A program made the translations under genes and the position numbers. Below are positions 6,577-17,739 of a stretch of 64,000 nucleotides of DNA, one piece after another. This stretch comes from a virus (lineage: Duplodnaviria; Caudoviricetes), in IMG/VR virus record IMGVR_UViG_3300025679_000005, one strand, 5' to 3'. Numbering within the stretch: the first letter of the stretch is position 1; each line of letters begins with the position of its first letter. The notes beneath the pieces were generated by a model that saw nothing but the letters and a program-made list of their open reading frames with translations, did not search any database and was not told where the DNA came from.

Positions 6577-6812
6577 TTGGCGAACCTCGCTATGTTGAGC
6601 CAGCGCCGGAACATGGCTGCGGTCACCTTGTCGGTGAACCCGTTGTCGCACCACTTGCAGGCGAGCTGGCGGTAGCCTCCAGTGGGGTACTCTACGAGGC
6701 GGCTTCCGTGGCCGTCACAAGCTTGGCAGGGCATAAGGGTGTCCCGATCCTCCATTGCCTTGGTGATTCGGAGCAGCCATTTGCTCTTGGATTCTGTCCT
6801 ACGGGTTCCCAC
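6573..6812 (-). CDS. Small protein with a DnaJ-type zinc finger
   Basis: CQACDGHG ... CKWCDNG. Confidence 0.65.
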   Translation of the reverse strand: MGTRRTESKSKWLLRITKAMEDRDTLMPCQACDGHGSRLVEYPTGGYRQLACKWCDNGFTDKVTAAMFRRWLNIARFAK

Positions 6813-6918
6813 ATCTAGGCTTGTTCAAAAAAAGCTGTGCGATCGTCCAAAAATGGTGTATAGGTATGGCTGAGGGACCGCGCCCCAGGGCTTGGGTCCT
6901 TCGTAACAGCTGACCGCA

Positions 6919-7022
6919 CCGTAAAAGGTTTGGGGAGGCTGCGGACTTCGAACCAGGAACGCTAGCGATTTGGGGCTTGTCCAGCCCGCATCAAAGGCAC
7001 CCCTCGACTGTTTTTACGGAGG
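6919..7022 (+). promoter_or_regulatory. Structured 5' leader of the vWA gene; closing stem overlaps the SD
   Basis: CCGTAAAAG (6919-6927) pairs with TTTTTACGG (7011-7019); SD GGAGG at 7018-7022. Confidence 0.4.
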
Positions 7023-7028
7023 ACTCCC

Positions 7029-7604
7029 ATGGAGATCCAAGCGCGTCTAACTCACGATAAGCTCAATCACGCTCAAGACAACAACGTCCAACTCGTAGTC
7101 TCGCTCACAGCTCCTCAGTTGGACTGGGTAGCAAAACGCCCGAATCTCTGCGTAGTCCCAGTTATCGACCTCTCAGGTTCGATGTCAGGTGGGAAGCTCG
7201 AATACGCCAAAGAGAGCATGGGGAAGCTGGTTGACCAGTTGCAGCCAGGTGACATCGTTGGCCTTATTGGATTCGAAGGCCGAATCCACAAGCTGATGGA
7301 ACCCCAGTTGGCGACAGCTGAGGTCAAAACCAAGCTCAAAAACATCATCAGCAAGCTGGGTCCCTTGGGTGGGACTGACCTGAACGGCGGAGTTCTGGAG
7401 GCTTTGCGGATGGTTGAGGGCTTGGACCTTCACCCGAAGTACATCAAGCGTATCATCGTTTTCACCGATGGTGAACCCTCAGCGGGCATTGTAGACAAGC
7501 CTCAAATCCTGAGGCTCCTCAAGGAGAACTTGGGGACCTCTACGGTCAGTGCCTTTGGCTACGGCGGCGGGACTGGTATTCGATTTGCTCTAAGCATCGG
7601 GTGA
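7029..7604 (+). pseudogene. von Willebrand factor A domain protein, apparently C-terminally truncated
   Basis: MIDAS elements VIDLSGSM, GGTD and VFTDG; ends 13 residues after SAFGYG without the last helix/strand of the vWA fold. Confidence 0.6.
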
Positions 7605-7753
7605 CTCGGGACGACTGCGGCATGTGCAATGCCGGCCACTGGGTCAACAACTGGCGGCACATCGCAGGCAGCGTCGTGTTCAAAGTGTCCCCGAGGCTTT
7701 GGCGGTGGTGGGCAAACCTACCCCTATACAAGAGCGCTGGCGCAAGGAACTGA
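7562..7753 (+). pseudogene. Start-less remnant of a small Cys/Trp-rich gene (RRRDWYSICSKH...CGMC...WRWWAN...)
   Basis: Open frame shifted -1 from vWA, with no start codon back to the stop at 7472; its TGA (7751-7753) abuts the ATG of the next gene. Confidence 0.5.
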
Positions 7754-8029
7754 ATGGTCGGCTGGACTCGAAGAAACGCTGAAGATCGGGAACGCCGCCG
7801 CAGGTGGTTAGCCTCCTTGAGTCGCGAGGAGCTGGCCTTGGAGCGTCGTCAACGGGCGGAAGAGAACCGCTTGTTCAAGTACTTCCCTGTCGTGTTGGTT
7901 CCTACGGGCCTGGCAATCTGGCTAATACCCCAGAGTCCAATCTATGGATTGTGGGTTCTCATGGCCTTCTTTACTTCGATTTTTGCTTTTACGATGTGGG
8001 TCATCTCTAAGTACAAGAAGATCAAGTAG
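7754..8029 (+). CDS. Small two-TM membrane protein
   Basis: Basic N-terminus, two hydrophobic stretches, KYKKIK tail. Confidence 0.7.
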   Translation: MVGWTRRNAEDRERRRRWLASLSREELALERRQRAEENRLFKYFPVVLVPTGLAIWLIPQSPIYGLWVLMAFFTSIFAFTMWVISKYKKIK

Positions 8030-8317
8030 ATGCTCGAATCAGTCGGAAAAACCCAGGACGGAAAGACCATCGTCACCGGAGTCTACAAGTTCTATGAGAC
8101 CACAGGGGTTCCTCTGGACTCGATTCTGGGCATCCTCGAAGAACGGGGCATGACCCCCGATTGGATGGCGCTTGTCCTGGAGGCCGTAGAAGCGGGCATG
8201 AAGCCGGATCGGTTCCTCTCAATGCTGGACCCCGCTATTGCCGATTCCTACGGACCAGTCATGAGAGATGAAGTCATTCGCAGACTTCGGCTGCTGACCG
8301 CTCCGAAATCGGTGTAG
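8030..8317 (+). CDS. Small protein resembling a helical segment of alanyl-tRNA synthetase
   Basis: VTGVYKFYETTGVPLDSILGILEERGMTPDW resembles the AlaRS consensus G..AFKLYDTYGFPLDLT..IA.E.GL.VD. Confidence 0.6.
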   Translation: MLESVGKTQDGKTIVTGVYKFYETTGVPLDSILGILEERGMTPDWMALVLEAVEAGMKPDRFLSMLDPAIADSYGPVMRDEVIRRLRLLTAPKSV

Positions 8318-8329
8318 TAACCCCGCCAT

Positions 8330-8899
8330 ATGCAAGAAATCTATATCAGCGTTGATGTCGAGGCGGACGGGCCTATACCAGGACCCCATTCCATGTTGAG
8401 CCTCGGAGCCGTGGCGTTGTTGCCAACGGGCAAAGAAGTAGGGTCATTCGAAGTAAACCTGGAGCTTTTGGAGGGCGCCGTCGGGCACCCAGACACCATG
8501 GCTTGGTGGTCTACCCAGGGAGCAGCTTGGGCTGCTTGCCGCACCAACTTGAAGTCTCCTGTTGTGGGGATGGTCTCCTTTGTGAATTGGGTCAACGAGG
8601 TCTCGGCAAAGAACAGTGCGACCCCCGTGTGCGTTGCCTACCCTGCCGGCTTCGACTTTACCTTCGCTCACTGGTACATCACTAAATTTGTAGGCAAAAG
8701 CCCTTTCAGTTTTGCGTGCCTAGACATGAAGACCTTCGCAATGGCCATTTTGGGGACCCCCTACAGAGGCACTACAAAGCGCACTATGCCTAAGAAGTGG
8801 TTTAAGGACCTGCCTCCGCACGAGCATGTCGCACTGAGTGATGCGCGAGAGCAAGGTCAGCTATTCATAAGGATGCTCCAGCATGCACGACCTACCTGA
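8330..8899 (+). CDS. DEDD 3'-5' exonuclease / exoribonuclease
   Basis: ISVDVEADGP, AGFDF, HVALSDAREQ. Confidence 0.88.
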   Translation: MQEIYISVDVEADGPIPGPHSMLSLGAVALLPTGKEVGSFEVNLELLEGAVGHPDTMAWWSTQGAAWAACRTNLKSPVVGMVSFVNWVNEVSAKNSATPVCVAYPAGFDFTFAHWYITKFVGKSPFSFACLDMKTFAMAILGTPYRGTTKRTMPKKWFKDLPPHEHVALSDAREQGQLFIRMLQHARPT

Positions 8900-9451
8900 G
8901 TTGGGGGGGCTGTACACGATTCACAATCATGTGAACGGGAAGCACTACATAGGTAGTACGTGTAATTTCCGCAAACGTTGGAATTTGCACCGCTGCTTAT
9001 TACGAAATGGGCGCCATCATTCGGCCTACTTGCAAAATGCATGGGACAAGCATGGAGAGGTGGTCTTCACTTTCAATGTCCTGCAAATTTGTGATAGGCC
9101 AACTAGGCTAATGTTGGAGCAGCACTTCTTCGACACCCTGCCTGCTCAATACAACATGAGTCGAAAGGCGACTTCTAGCGAAGGCTGCAAGAGGAGCCCA
9201 GAGACTTCGGAGCGTATGCGTGCCGCTATTTTAGCGAACCCTGTTAGGATGATCCACATACGAGAGTTGGGAAAACAACCGAAGAGTCCAGAGCATAGGC
9301 AGCGAATTTCGGAGGCTCATGAAGGTTTAGTGCCCACAGAACAAACTAGAGCTAAGCTGAGAGCTGCCAGCGCAATCCGTTGGTCTAAGCCTGAAGAGCA
9401 CGCGAAGGCGTCATTAGCAAAGCTAGGCAAACGCTTGCCCCGTAAATCTTA

Positions 9452-9452
<1 letters not shown>
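8883..9452 (+). CDS. GIY-YIG homing endonuclease with NUMOD3-like repeats
   Basis: GGLYTIHNHVNGKHYIGST...KRWNLH...LQNAWDKHG...E...YN; KSPEHRQRISEA. Confidence 0.9.
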
Positions 9453-11468
<2,016 letters not shown>

Positions 11469-11508
11469 CTGGTTGTAATCACTAGTATTCTTAGGCGTAG
11501 GTTTTTAC

Positions 11509-11883
11509 TTGTCAGATCTGGAAGAGGTGGATAGCCGCCTCTTCCAGATCTGGGGTCTTCGCCCTACAGACGTACAGCCTCAGGATCTGCCAGAAGTAGC
11601 TAGGGCTATCGTCGGGCTGTACCGAAAGCAGGCAAAGGTCACGCTGGGCACGTCGAAGGAGATCACATACGTCTTGATTACGGCCCCTGGAGTGAAGGTT
11701 CAGATCTTAGCTAGTGATTGGGCAAAGATTGAGCCATTCATTAAAGACGGGTCCTTGGACCCTCTTGTAGTGCCAACGCCCCAAAATACCAGGGTAGCAC
11801 AAGACCTTACGTTGTTGAGCCCTACTGATCCCTATTACTTACGGGTACTGGGGATCCTTCAGAGCCTGTTTCCAGGCACCTAA
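11509..11883 (+). CDS. Hypothetical protein
   Basis: 124-aa ORF, TTG start, in operon context. Confidence 0.6.
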   Translation: MSDLEEVDSRLFQIWGLRPTDVQPQDLPEVARAIVGLYRKQAKVTLGTSKEITYVLITAPGVKVQILASDWAKIEPFIKDGSLDPLVVPTPQNTRVAQDLTLLSPTDPYYLRVLGILQSLFPGT

Positions 11884-11901
11884 ATAAGAAAGAGCACCCA
11901 A

Positions 11902-12120
11902 ATGAGCATTGATCATTCCGGCACAGCACCAGGCCTAGTCCCTTCGGCAAAAGTACAGGATGCTAAAGTGAACCTGCGTTGCAAGGGTGAGGGCTGCGAT
12001 TCGATGGAAGCCGTCGAGATCAAGATTGAAGGACAGGAACACACCGGGCAACGAGTGTATCGTTGCGTGAAGTGCTCCAGGCCAGCCAGCGTCCAAGTTG
12101 GCGGGCATATCAACATCTGA
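11902..12120 (+). CDS. Small zinc-ribbon protein
   Basis: CKGEGC ... CVKC. Confidence 0.7.
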   Translation: MSIDHSGTAPGLVPSAKVQDAKVNLRCKGEGCDSMEAVEIKIEGQEHTGQRVYRCVKCSRPASVQVGGHINI

Positions 12121-12129
12121 GGATACCCC

Positions 12130-12933
12130 ATGGATTTGGCAACCCTAAAGCGCTTCGAGAGTCATTTACAGACAGCATACCCTAACTTTAGGGTATGCTT
12201 CAAGGATCAGTCCTGGGCTCAAAAGTTGCTAGGGTTCCTCATGATCTTCAATCCGGGGTACATGACCGAATTCATCACGACCATTGGAAGTACGGTCTAT
12301 TTCCCAACGCAGGCTTTTTACGAGGCGTCCCCTGAGGACAGTGTCGTTATCCTTGCTCATGAGTCGGTGCACATATACGATTCGCAACGAACCCTCTGGT
12401 TCAAGTTGTCCTATCTGTTCCCTCAGGTGTTGGCCCTGGTCCCAGCGATACTGTTCATAGCGTTGACTGGCCTACATTCTTGGGTGTTGGCCATCCCATT
12501 AGTTGGGTACGTCATTGCTTGCGGCGCGTACAAGTTATCGAAGCTTGTTTTTGGCCTAGTGCTGGGGGTAAGCCTCATGGTTTTTTTGGCGCTAGGCTGT
12601 TACTACACAGGCTGGAGCATGCTGGTCCTTCTAGGTCTAGTTGTGCTGGCTCCTTGGCCGGCCCCTTGGCGGGTTAAGTGGGAACTTCGAGGCTACGGTA
12701 TGACCTTGGCTGTGATGCAGTGGGTGTGGCATTGTGCTGTGACTAATCGCCCTAATGTAGTGGCCCACTTCGTCGATGCCTCGTACTTTTTCATGAGCTG
12801 GAGTCGAGCAGCTGTGGACAAGAACCTCGAAGCCACTAGGCAGCAAGCCGAGGCTGGCGCCTTGCAGCGAGTAGCCCCCTACTCGACTGTCTACGCTTTT
12901 CTTGAGAGTAATCGGCTCCTTTACGGCCAGTGA
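12130..12933 (+). CDS. Membrane-embedded HExxH (zincin-like) protein
   Basis: ILAHESVH, then about four hydrophobic helices, then WELRGY. Confidence 0.75.
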   Translation: MDLATLKRFESHLQTAYPNFRVCFKDQSWAQKLLGFLMIFNPGYMTEFITTIGSTVYFPTQAFYEASPEDSVVILAHESVHIYDSQRTLWFKLSYLFPQVLALVPAILFIALTGLHSWVLAIPLVGYVIACGAYKLSKLVFGLVLGVSLMVFLALGCYYTGWSMLVLLGLVVLAPWPAPWRVKWELRGYGMTLAVMQWVWHCAVTNRPNVVAHFVDASYFFMSWSRAAVDKNLEATRQQAEAGALQRVAPYSTVYAFLESNRLLYGQ

Positions 12934-12938
12934 TCTAA

Positions 12939-13139
12939 ATGTCCTCAGATCAGAGCACCATGCGTTGCCTGCGGTGTAAAAGCACTCTGGAACGAACAGG
13001 CAAAGAGGTCTACAGGTTTGAATGTACAAGCTGCAAACAGCACTATTTTGCTGTCATGCAACTAGTGCCTGTGGCCGCGCCTGTAGACGCATTGCTTTTG
13101 GAGGCTCCAGTTGTTGAGCGAGGTTCGGGAACAGGCTAG
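12939..13139 (+). CDS. Small zinc-ribbon protein
   Basis: CLRC ... CTSC. Confidence 0.65.
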   Translation: MSSDQSTMRCLRCKSTLERTGKEVYRFECTSCKQHYFAVMQLVPVAAPVDALLLEAPVVERGSGTG

Positions 13140-14088
13140 AGGTGTCGCGTATCTCCGAAAGGTGGTCGCGAACCAGTGCAAAATACCTCTACTATTAGTT
13201 GGGGACGAGGGCGTAGGGAAGCGATTCTCGGTTTTAGAAGCCATCAAAGAGGACTTCTCTGACGGGAACCCCTCTGACAAGCAGTGTTTGCAAGTAGCTA
13301 GAGGGGTCCACCCAGACCTAACGCTTCTTGCTTCCAGTGGCGGCAAGGAGATAGGCATCGAAGAGATGCGCGGTGCCCTGGAGGAGGCTAAAACGTACCC
13401 GACGGTTGCGCGGCGTAGGTACATCGTGATCGACGGTGCCGACCAGCTGACTGAGCCGGCTGCGAATGCAGTCCTCAAAACACTGGAGGAACCCCCTAAG
13501 GTGGTGCGATTTATTCTCCTTGCGAATTCGATCGAAAGGGTGATCCCTACAATAGTCTCTCGATGTGGGGAAGTCCGCTATAATCGGTTGAGTGAAGCAT
13601 TTATCACCAGCACTTTGAGCCAGCTTACGGATGATCCGATGAAGGTGCTCGTATACACGCGCCTGTCAGAGGGCTCTGTTGGACGTGCAGTTCAGTTTCT
13701 AGGATCAAATCGGATCAGCTTCAGAAATCGTGTGCTTGACATCCTCAAGATGGCCTTGACGGGAGACTTGTCTTCTCTGTTCGCTGCAATTGATGATATG
13801 CTCCCAGAGAAGAAGTCTACGGAGCAGAAGGACTCCGAGCTGCTCCTCGCCATTCGTTTTTTAGAACATCTAGTGCTCGACCTTCTGCTCATCCCCCACG
13901 CCCCCGACCGCATCACCAACATGGATCTACGTGAAGAATTGACAGTGCTGTGTGAAAAAATAGGCCATACGCGCTTGTCTGCTTTGCGTAGGGAGATCAG
14001 TGTGGCACAAGATCGTTCATCGCATGCCAAGGTGAGCTTGCACCATCAGGTCAAGAATTGTTTCTCCGTTGCTTTCTCGCAGCGTTGA
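13111..14088 (+). CDS. holB: Clamp loader delta-prime subunit (HolB-like)
   Basis: GDEGVGK, HPDL, IGIEEMR, VIDGADQLTEPAANAVLKTLEEPP, PTIVSRC. Confidence 0.9.
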   Translation: MLSEVREQARGVAYLRKVVANQCKIPLLLVGDEGVGKRFSVLEAIKEDFSDGNPSDKQCLQVARGVHPDLTLLASSGGKEIGIEEMRGALEEAKTYPTVARRRYIVIDGADQLTEPAANAVLKTLEEPPKVVRFILLANSIERVIPTIVSRCGEVRYNRLSEAFITSTLSQLTDDPMKVLVYTRLSEGSVGRAVQFLGSNRISFRNRVLDILKMALTGDLSSLFAAIDDMLPEKKSTEQKDSELLLAIRFLEHLVLDLLLIPHAPDRITNMDLREELTVLCEKIGHTRLSALRREISVAQDRSSHAKVSLHHQVKNCFSVAFSQR

Positions 14089-14095
14089 GTTGAAC

Positions 14096-15061
14096 ATGGC
14101 CAGCAAGATCCCTCCATTCTTCATTTTCTATGGCGACGAAGAAGTGTTGCTTAATCGCGCAGTGTTCGCGCACAAGGCTTCTTTCGGAGACAGGGATGTG
14201 ATCACCCTAAATGGCTCTGAGAAAGAGAACTCCGTGGTGACGCTGTGCGAGACTCGTGCGATGTTTGGGGATGTTGAACGGCATGTTGTGATCCAAGATG
14301 CCAACGACATCAAACTAGAGGGCGCCCTTAAAAAGTATCTGGAAGAACTGAACCCAGAGCATAGCTCATCGATTCTGACGGCCGTCATACACGAGCCGAA
14401 GTTGCCGACGGCCTGGGCGGCTCTAGCCAAAAGTCACGGTTCTGTCTCTAGCTTCTTGAAGCTCAAGCGGTGGGATAAGGTCGGCTTTAGGAAGCGTGTG
14501 ATCGACGAAGCCCATCGTCTATTTCTGAATTTGGACGAGGGCGCTTTGGAGTTCCTGGATAGGCATTTTGGGGACAACCTAGCAGGCATCTATAACGAAT
14601 TGGGGAAACTCAAGTACTTCGTAAGCGACGGCTTCGTCACCAAAGCGCATGTCGTGTCTGTGATATCCCCCGACAGGCACGTCAAGCCGTGGGAGGTCGC
14701 AGATGCGGCTTTGGCTAGAAAGCTCAATGAGGCCCTGCACTGTCTGACTATCATGTATGCGAATGACGAAGGCTCCTCAATACCTGTCGCCAATAGCCTG
14801 TTGTCGAAGGTGGAGCAACTTTTGATCGCACGTCAGATGCTTGATCAGGGGGACGGCCCTAGCATTCTAGCGGTGCGTTTCAATATGACAGAGTGGGCTT
14901 GCCGAAATAACCTGCTTCCCTTGATGAGTCTTTACACGACAGCGAAGCTCAAGAAGCATTACAATCGTCTATGTAAATTAGACTACGAAATACGTAGTTC
15001 GGCAAGGTCCAAGAGAACCTTGGTTGAGCTTGCTGTGATCGCTATCGCAAAGGATCAGTGA
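14096..15061 (+). CDS. holA: Clamp loader delta subunit (HolA-like)
   Basis: IFYGDEEVLL, AMFGDVERHVVIQD, GDNLAGIYNELGKL, LDYEIRS...LVELAV; directly follows holB. Confidence 0.8.
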   Translation: MASKIPPFFIFYGDEEVLLNRAVFAHKASFGDRDVITLNGSEKENSVVTLCETRAMFGDVERHVVIQDANDIKLEGALKKYLEELNPEHSSSILTAVIHEPKLPTAWAALAKSHGSVSSFLKLKRWDKVGFRKRVIDEAHRLFLNLDEGALEFLDRHFGDNLAGIYNELGKLKYFVSDGFVTKAHVVSVISPDRHVKPWEVADAALARKLNEALHCLTIMYANDEGSSIPVANSLLSKVEQLLIARQMLDQGDGPSILAVRFNMTEWACRNNLLPLMSLYTTAKLKKHYNRLCKLDYEIRSSARSKRTLVELAVIAIAKDQ

Positions 15062-16026
15062 GAATGACGCTACTTACGCCACGAGTTACTTACGCTCCTT
15101 TCGAGTACCAACAGGCTTACAAGTACTGGGAATTGCAGCAGCAGAGTCATTGGCTCCACACCGAGGTGTCTATGGCATCGGACATCAACGACTGGAAGAT
15201 GACCCTCTCTGACGGAGAAAAGCACGCAGTTGGGCATATCCTCAAGGGTTTCACTCAGTCCGAGGTGTTCATCCAGGAGTACTGGAGTCAGATGGTGGGC
15301 AAGTGGTTCAAGAAACCTGAGATACAGATGATGGCGGCGACGTTTGCCAGCTTCGAGTCGATTCATGCCGTGTCGTACGCCTATCTGAATCAGTCGCTGG
15401 GCCTGGAGGATTTTGGGGCATTCCTTCACGAGCCGACGGCCAAGGCCAAAATAGACCGTCTGATCTCGACTAAAGGCAAGTCCAAGGAAGAGATAGCCAA
15501 GTCGTTGGCCATTTTCTCAGCCTTCAATGAGGGCGTGAACCTGTTTTCCAGCTTCGCAATCCTATTGAACTTCAGCCGTTTCAACAAGATGAAGGGCTTG
15601 GGTCAGATCATCGCCTTCTCAATCAAGGACGAGAGCTTGCACTCGGACGCCGGCTGCTGGCTGTTCAGGACGCTTGTGTCGGAGTACCCGGGCATCCTCA
15701 CGGACGAACTCAAGGAAGAAATCTACGAGGCTGCCAAGGTCACTGTAGAACTAGAGGACGACTTCATTGAGAAGGCCTTCGAGGAGACCCAGCTAGAGGG
15801 ACTCGATGTGAAGGATATGAAGAACTTCATTAGGTTCCGTACAAACACCAAGCTCAATGATCTGGGTTTGGCCAAGCGTTGGAAGAACCTAGATAAGGAG
15901 GCTCTGGAGCGAATGGCCTGGTTCGATGTTATGTCTGCGGGTGTAGCGCACACGGATTTCTTTGCTCAGCGTACTACTGACTACGCCAAGGGCTCGATGG
16001 ATTTCTCCAAGATTTGGGATAAGTGA
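15058..16026 (+). CDS. nrdB: Class I ribonucleotide reductase beta subunit
   Basis: HWLHTE, FTQSE, FESIHAVSY, NEGVNLFSSF, KDESLH, DFF. Confidence 0.95.
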   Translation: MRMTLLTPRVTYAPFEYQQAYKYWELQQQSHWLHTEVSMASDINDWKMTLSDGEKHAVGHILKGFTQSEVFIQEYWSQMVGKWFKKPEIQMMAATFASFESIHAVSYAYLNQSLGLEDFGAFLHEPTAKAKIDRLISTKGKSKEEIAKSLAIFSAFNEGVNLFSSFAILLNFSRFNKMKGLGQIIAFSIKDESLHSDAGCWLFRTLVSEYPGILTDELKEEIYEAAKVTVELEDDFIEKAFEETQLEGLDVKDMKNFIRFRTNTKLNDLGLAKRWKNLDKEALERMAWFDVMSAGVAHTDFFAQRTTDYAKGSMDFSKIWDK

Positions 16027-17729
16027 TCATGAAACGTACCCTCGAAGAACTCAAGGCTGACGGCGAAGTACCCTCCTGGATGAACGATGAGGGTTTTCGT
16101 ACCCTAAAGGGCGGCTACCTACTTCTTGGGGAGACTCCCAAGGATATGTACCGCCGCGTGGCACGGGCTGCGGCGTCGTACTATCGAGACTCGAAGAAGT
16201 GGGAAGAGAAGTTCTACGAGGTCATGTGGAAGAACTGGTTATGCCCGGCATCTCCTGTGTTGTCGAATCTAGGGTCTACTAGGGGTTTGCCGATATCCTG
16301 CAACTCGATCCATGTCCACGATTCTGTAGACTCGATCTTTTGGAAGAACCACGAACTAGCCATGCTTTCGAAGAATGGTGCTGGCGTGGGTATCTATCTG
16401 GGGGACATCCGAGGTCGAGGGGCTGCCATCAACGGTAACGGCAAATCGGAAGGTGTTATCCCGTGGGCGAAGGTCTTCGACACAACGACCTTGAGTGTGA
16501 ACCAGGGTAGTACTCGACGCGGTGCCTCGGCAGTATACCTGCCCATCGAACACGGTGACATCAACGAGTTCATCAACATTCGACGCCCCGTTGGAGATAT
16601 GAACCGGCGGTGTCTGAACCTTAACCATGGGGTGTGTATTACAGATGCTTGGATGAGGTCGATGCTTGACGGGGATGTCGCCAAGCGGGAACTTTGGGTA
16701 GAAATACTCAAGGCTCGCGTGGAAACGGGCGAGCCTTACATGTTCTTCACCGACAACGTGAACCGTCAGAATCCAGAATGCTACACGGGCAACGGACTCA
16801 GCGTGAAGACATCCAACATCTGTACCGAGGTGTTCCTCCACACAGACCCGGATCACAGCTTCGTATGCTGCCTGTCCTCTTTGAATCTCGTCAAATGGGA
16901 GGAGTGGAAGGACAGCGACGTGGTCAATACTTCGGTTAGGTTCTTGGATGCAGTCCTTGAGGAGTACATCCGCAAGTCCGACGGCGTCAAAGGCCTGGAA
17001 GCTTCCCGAGCAAGCGCTGTTAAAGGCCGTGCACTGGGTATTGGTGTCCTGGGTTGGCACACCCTACTCCAGGAAATGTCCCTCCCCTTTGACGGCTTCG
17101 ACGCTATGGCCCTGAACGCTGAGATATTCCGAACCGTCCGAGCCAAGGCTGAAGAAGAGACCGCGATCTTGGCTGAGGAAATAGGGGAGCCCGAATGGTG
17201 CCTAGGTTACGGGCGTCGTAACACCCACCTCATGGCAGTAGCTCCAACGGTCTCGAACTCCACGATCTCTGGCGGCCACTCGGCCGGAGTCGAGCCTATC
17301 TCTGCCAACATCTACTCCCAGAAGTCGGCCAAAGGTACGTTCATCCGCAAGAACAGCGTTTTGGAGAAGCTCCTCGACACCAAGGGCCGGAATGATTCGG
17401 ACACCTGGAAGGCGATTAATGAAGCTTCTGGCAGTGTACAGCACCTGGACTGCCTGACGGACCAAGAGAAGACAGTCTTCTTGACGGCTCGTGAGATCAA
17501 TCAGCACAGTATTGTCAAGCAAGCGGCCCAACGCCAGAAATGGATCGACCAGGGGCAGTCCATCAACCTGTTCTTTGGCTCTAACTCCGATCCAAAATAC
17601 ATGCATGAGGTGCACATTGCGGCTTGGGAGGGGGGTATGAAGTCCCTGTACTACCTTCGTACCGATGGGGTAATCAAGGGCGATTTGGCTTCCCGTTCCA
17701 AAGAAGAGTGCGTAGCCTGTGAAGGCTGA
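16023..17729 (+). CDS. nrdA: Class I ribonucleotide reductase alpha subunit, compact with no ATP cone
   Basis: PISCN, SNICTE, CCLSSLN, VAPTVSNS, DQGQSIN, SLYYLR, C-terminal CVACEG. Confidence 0.95.
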   Translation: MIMKRTLEELKADGEVPSWMNDEGFRTLKGGYLLLGETPKDMYRRVARAAASYYRDSKKWEEKFYEVMWKNWLCPASPVLSNLGSTRGLPISCNSIHVHDSVDSIFWKNHELAMLSKNGAGVGIYLGDIRGRGAAINGNGKSEGVIPWAKVFDTTTLSVNQGSTRRGASAVYLPIEHGDINEFINIRRPVGDMNRRCLNLNHGVCITDAWMRSMLDGDVAKRELWVEILKARVETGEPYMFFTDNVNRQNPECYTGNGLSVKTSNICTEVFLHTDPDHSFVCCLSSLNLVKWEEWKDSDVVNTSVRFLDAVLEEYIRKSDGVKGLEASRASAVKGRALGIGVLGWHTLLQEMSLPFDGFDAMALNAEIFRTVRAKAEEETAILAEEIGEPEWCLGYGRRNTHLMAVAPTVSNSTISGGHSAGVEPISANIYSQKSAKGTFIRKNSVLEKLLDTKGRNDSDTWKAINEASGSVQHLDCLTDQEKTVFLTAREINQHSIVKQAAQRQKWIDQGQSINLFFGSNSDPKYMHEVHIAAWEGGMKSLYYLRTDGVIKGDLASRSKEECVACEG

Positions 17730-17739
17730 AAGGACAAGC

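Noticed and set aside
11509-12120. GroES equivalent downstream of groEL
   Set aside because: Neither ORF shows the GroES beta-barrel motifs (PL.DRV, mobile-loop GGI).
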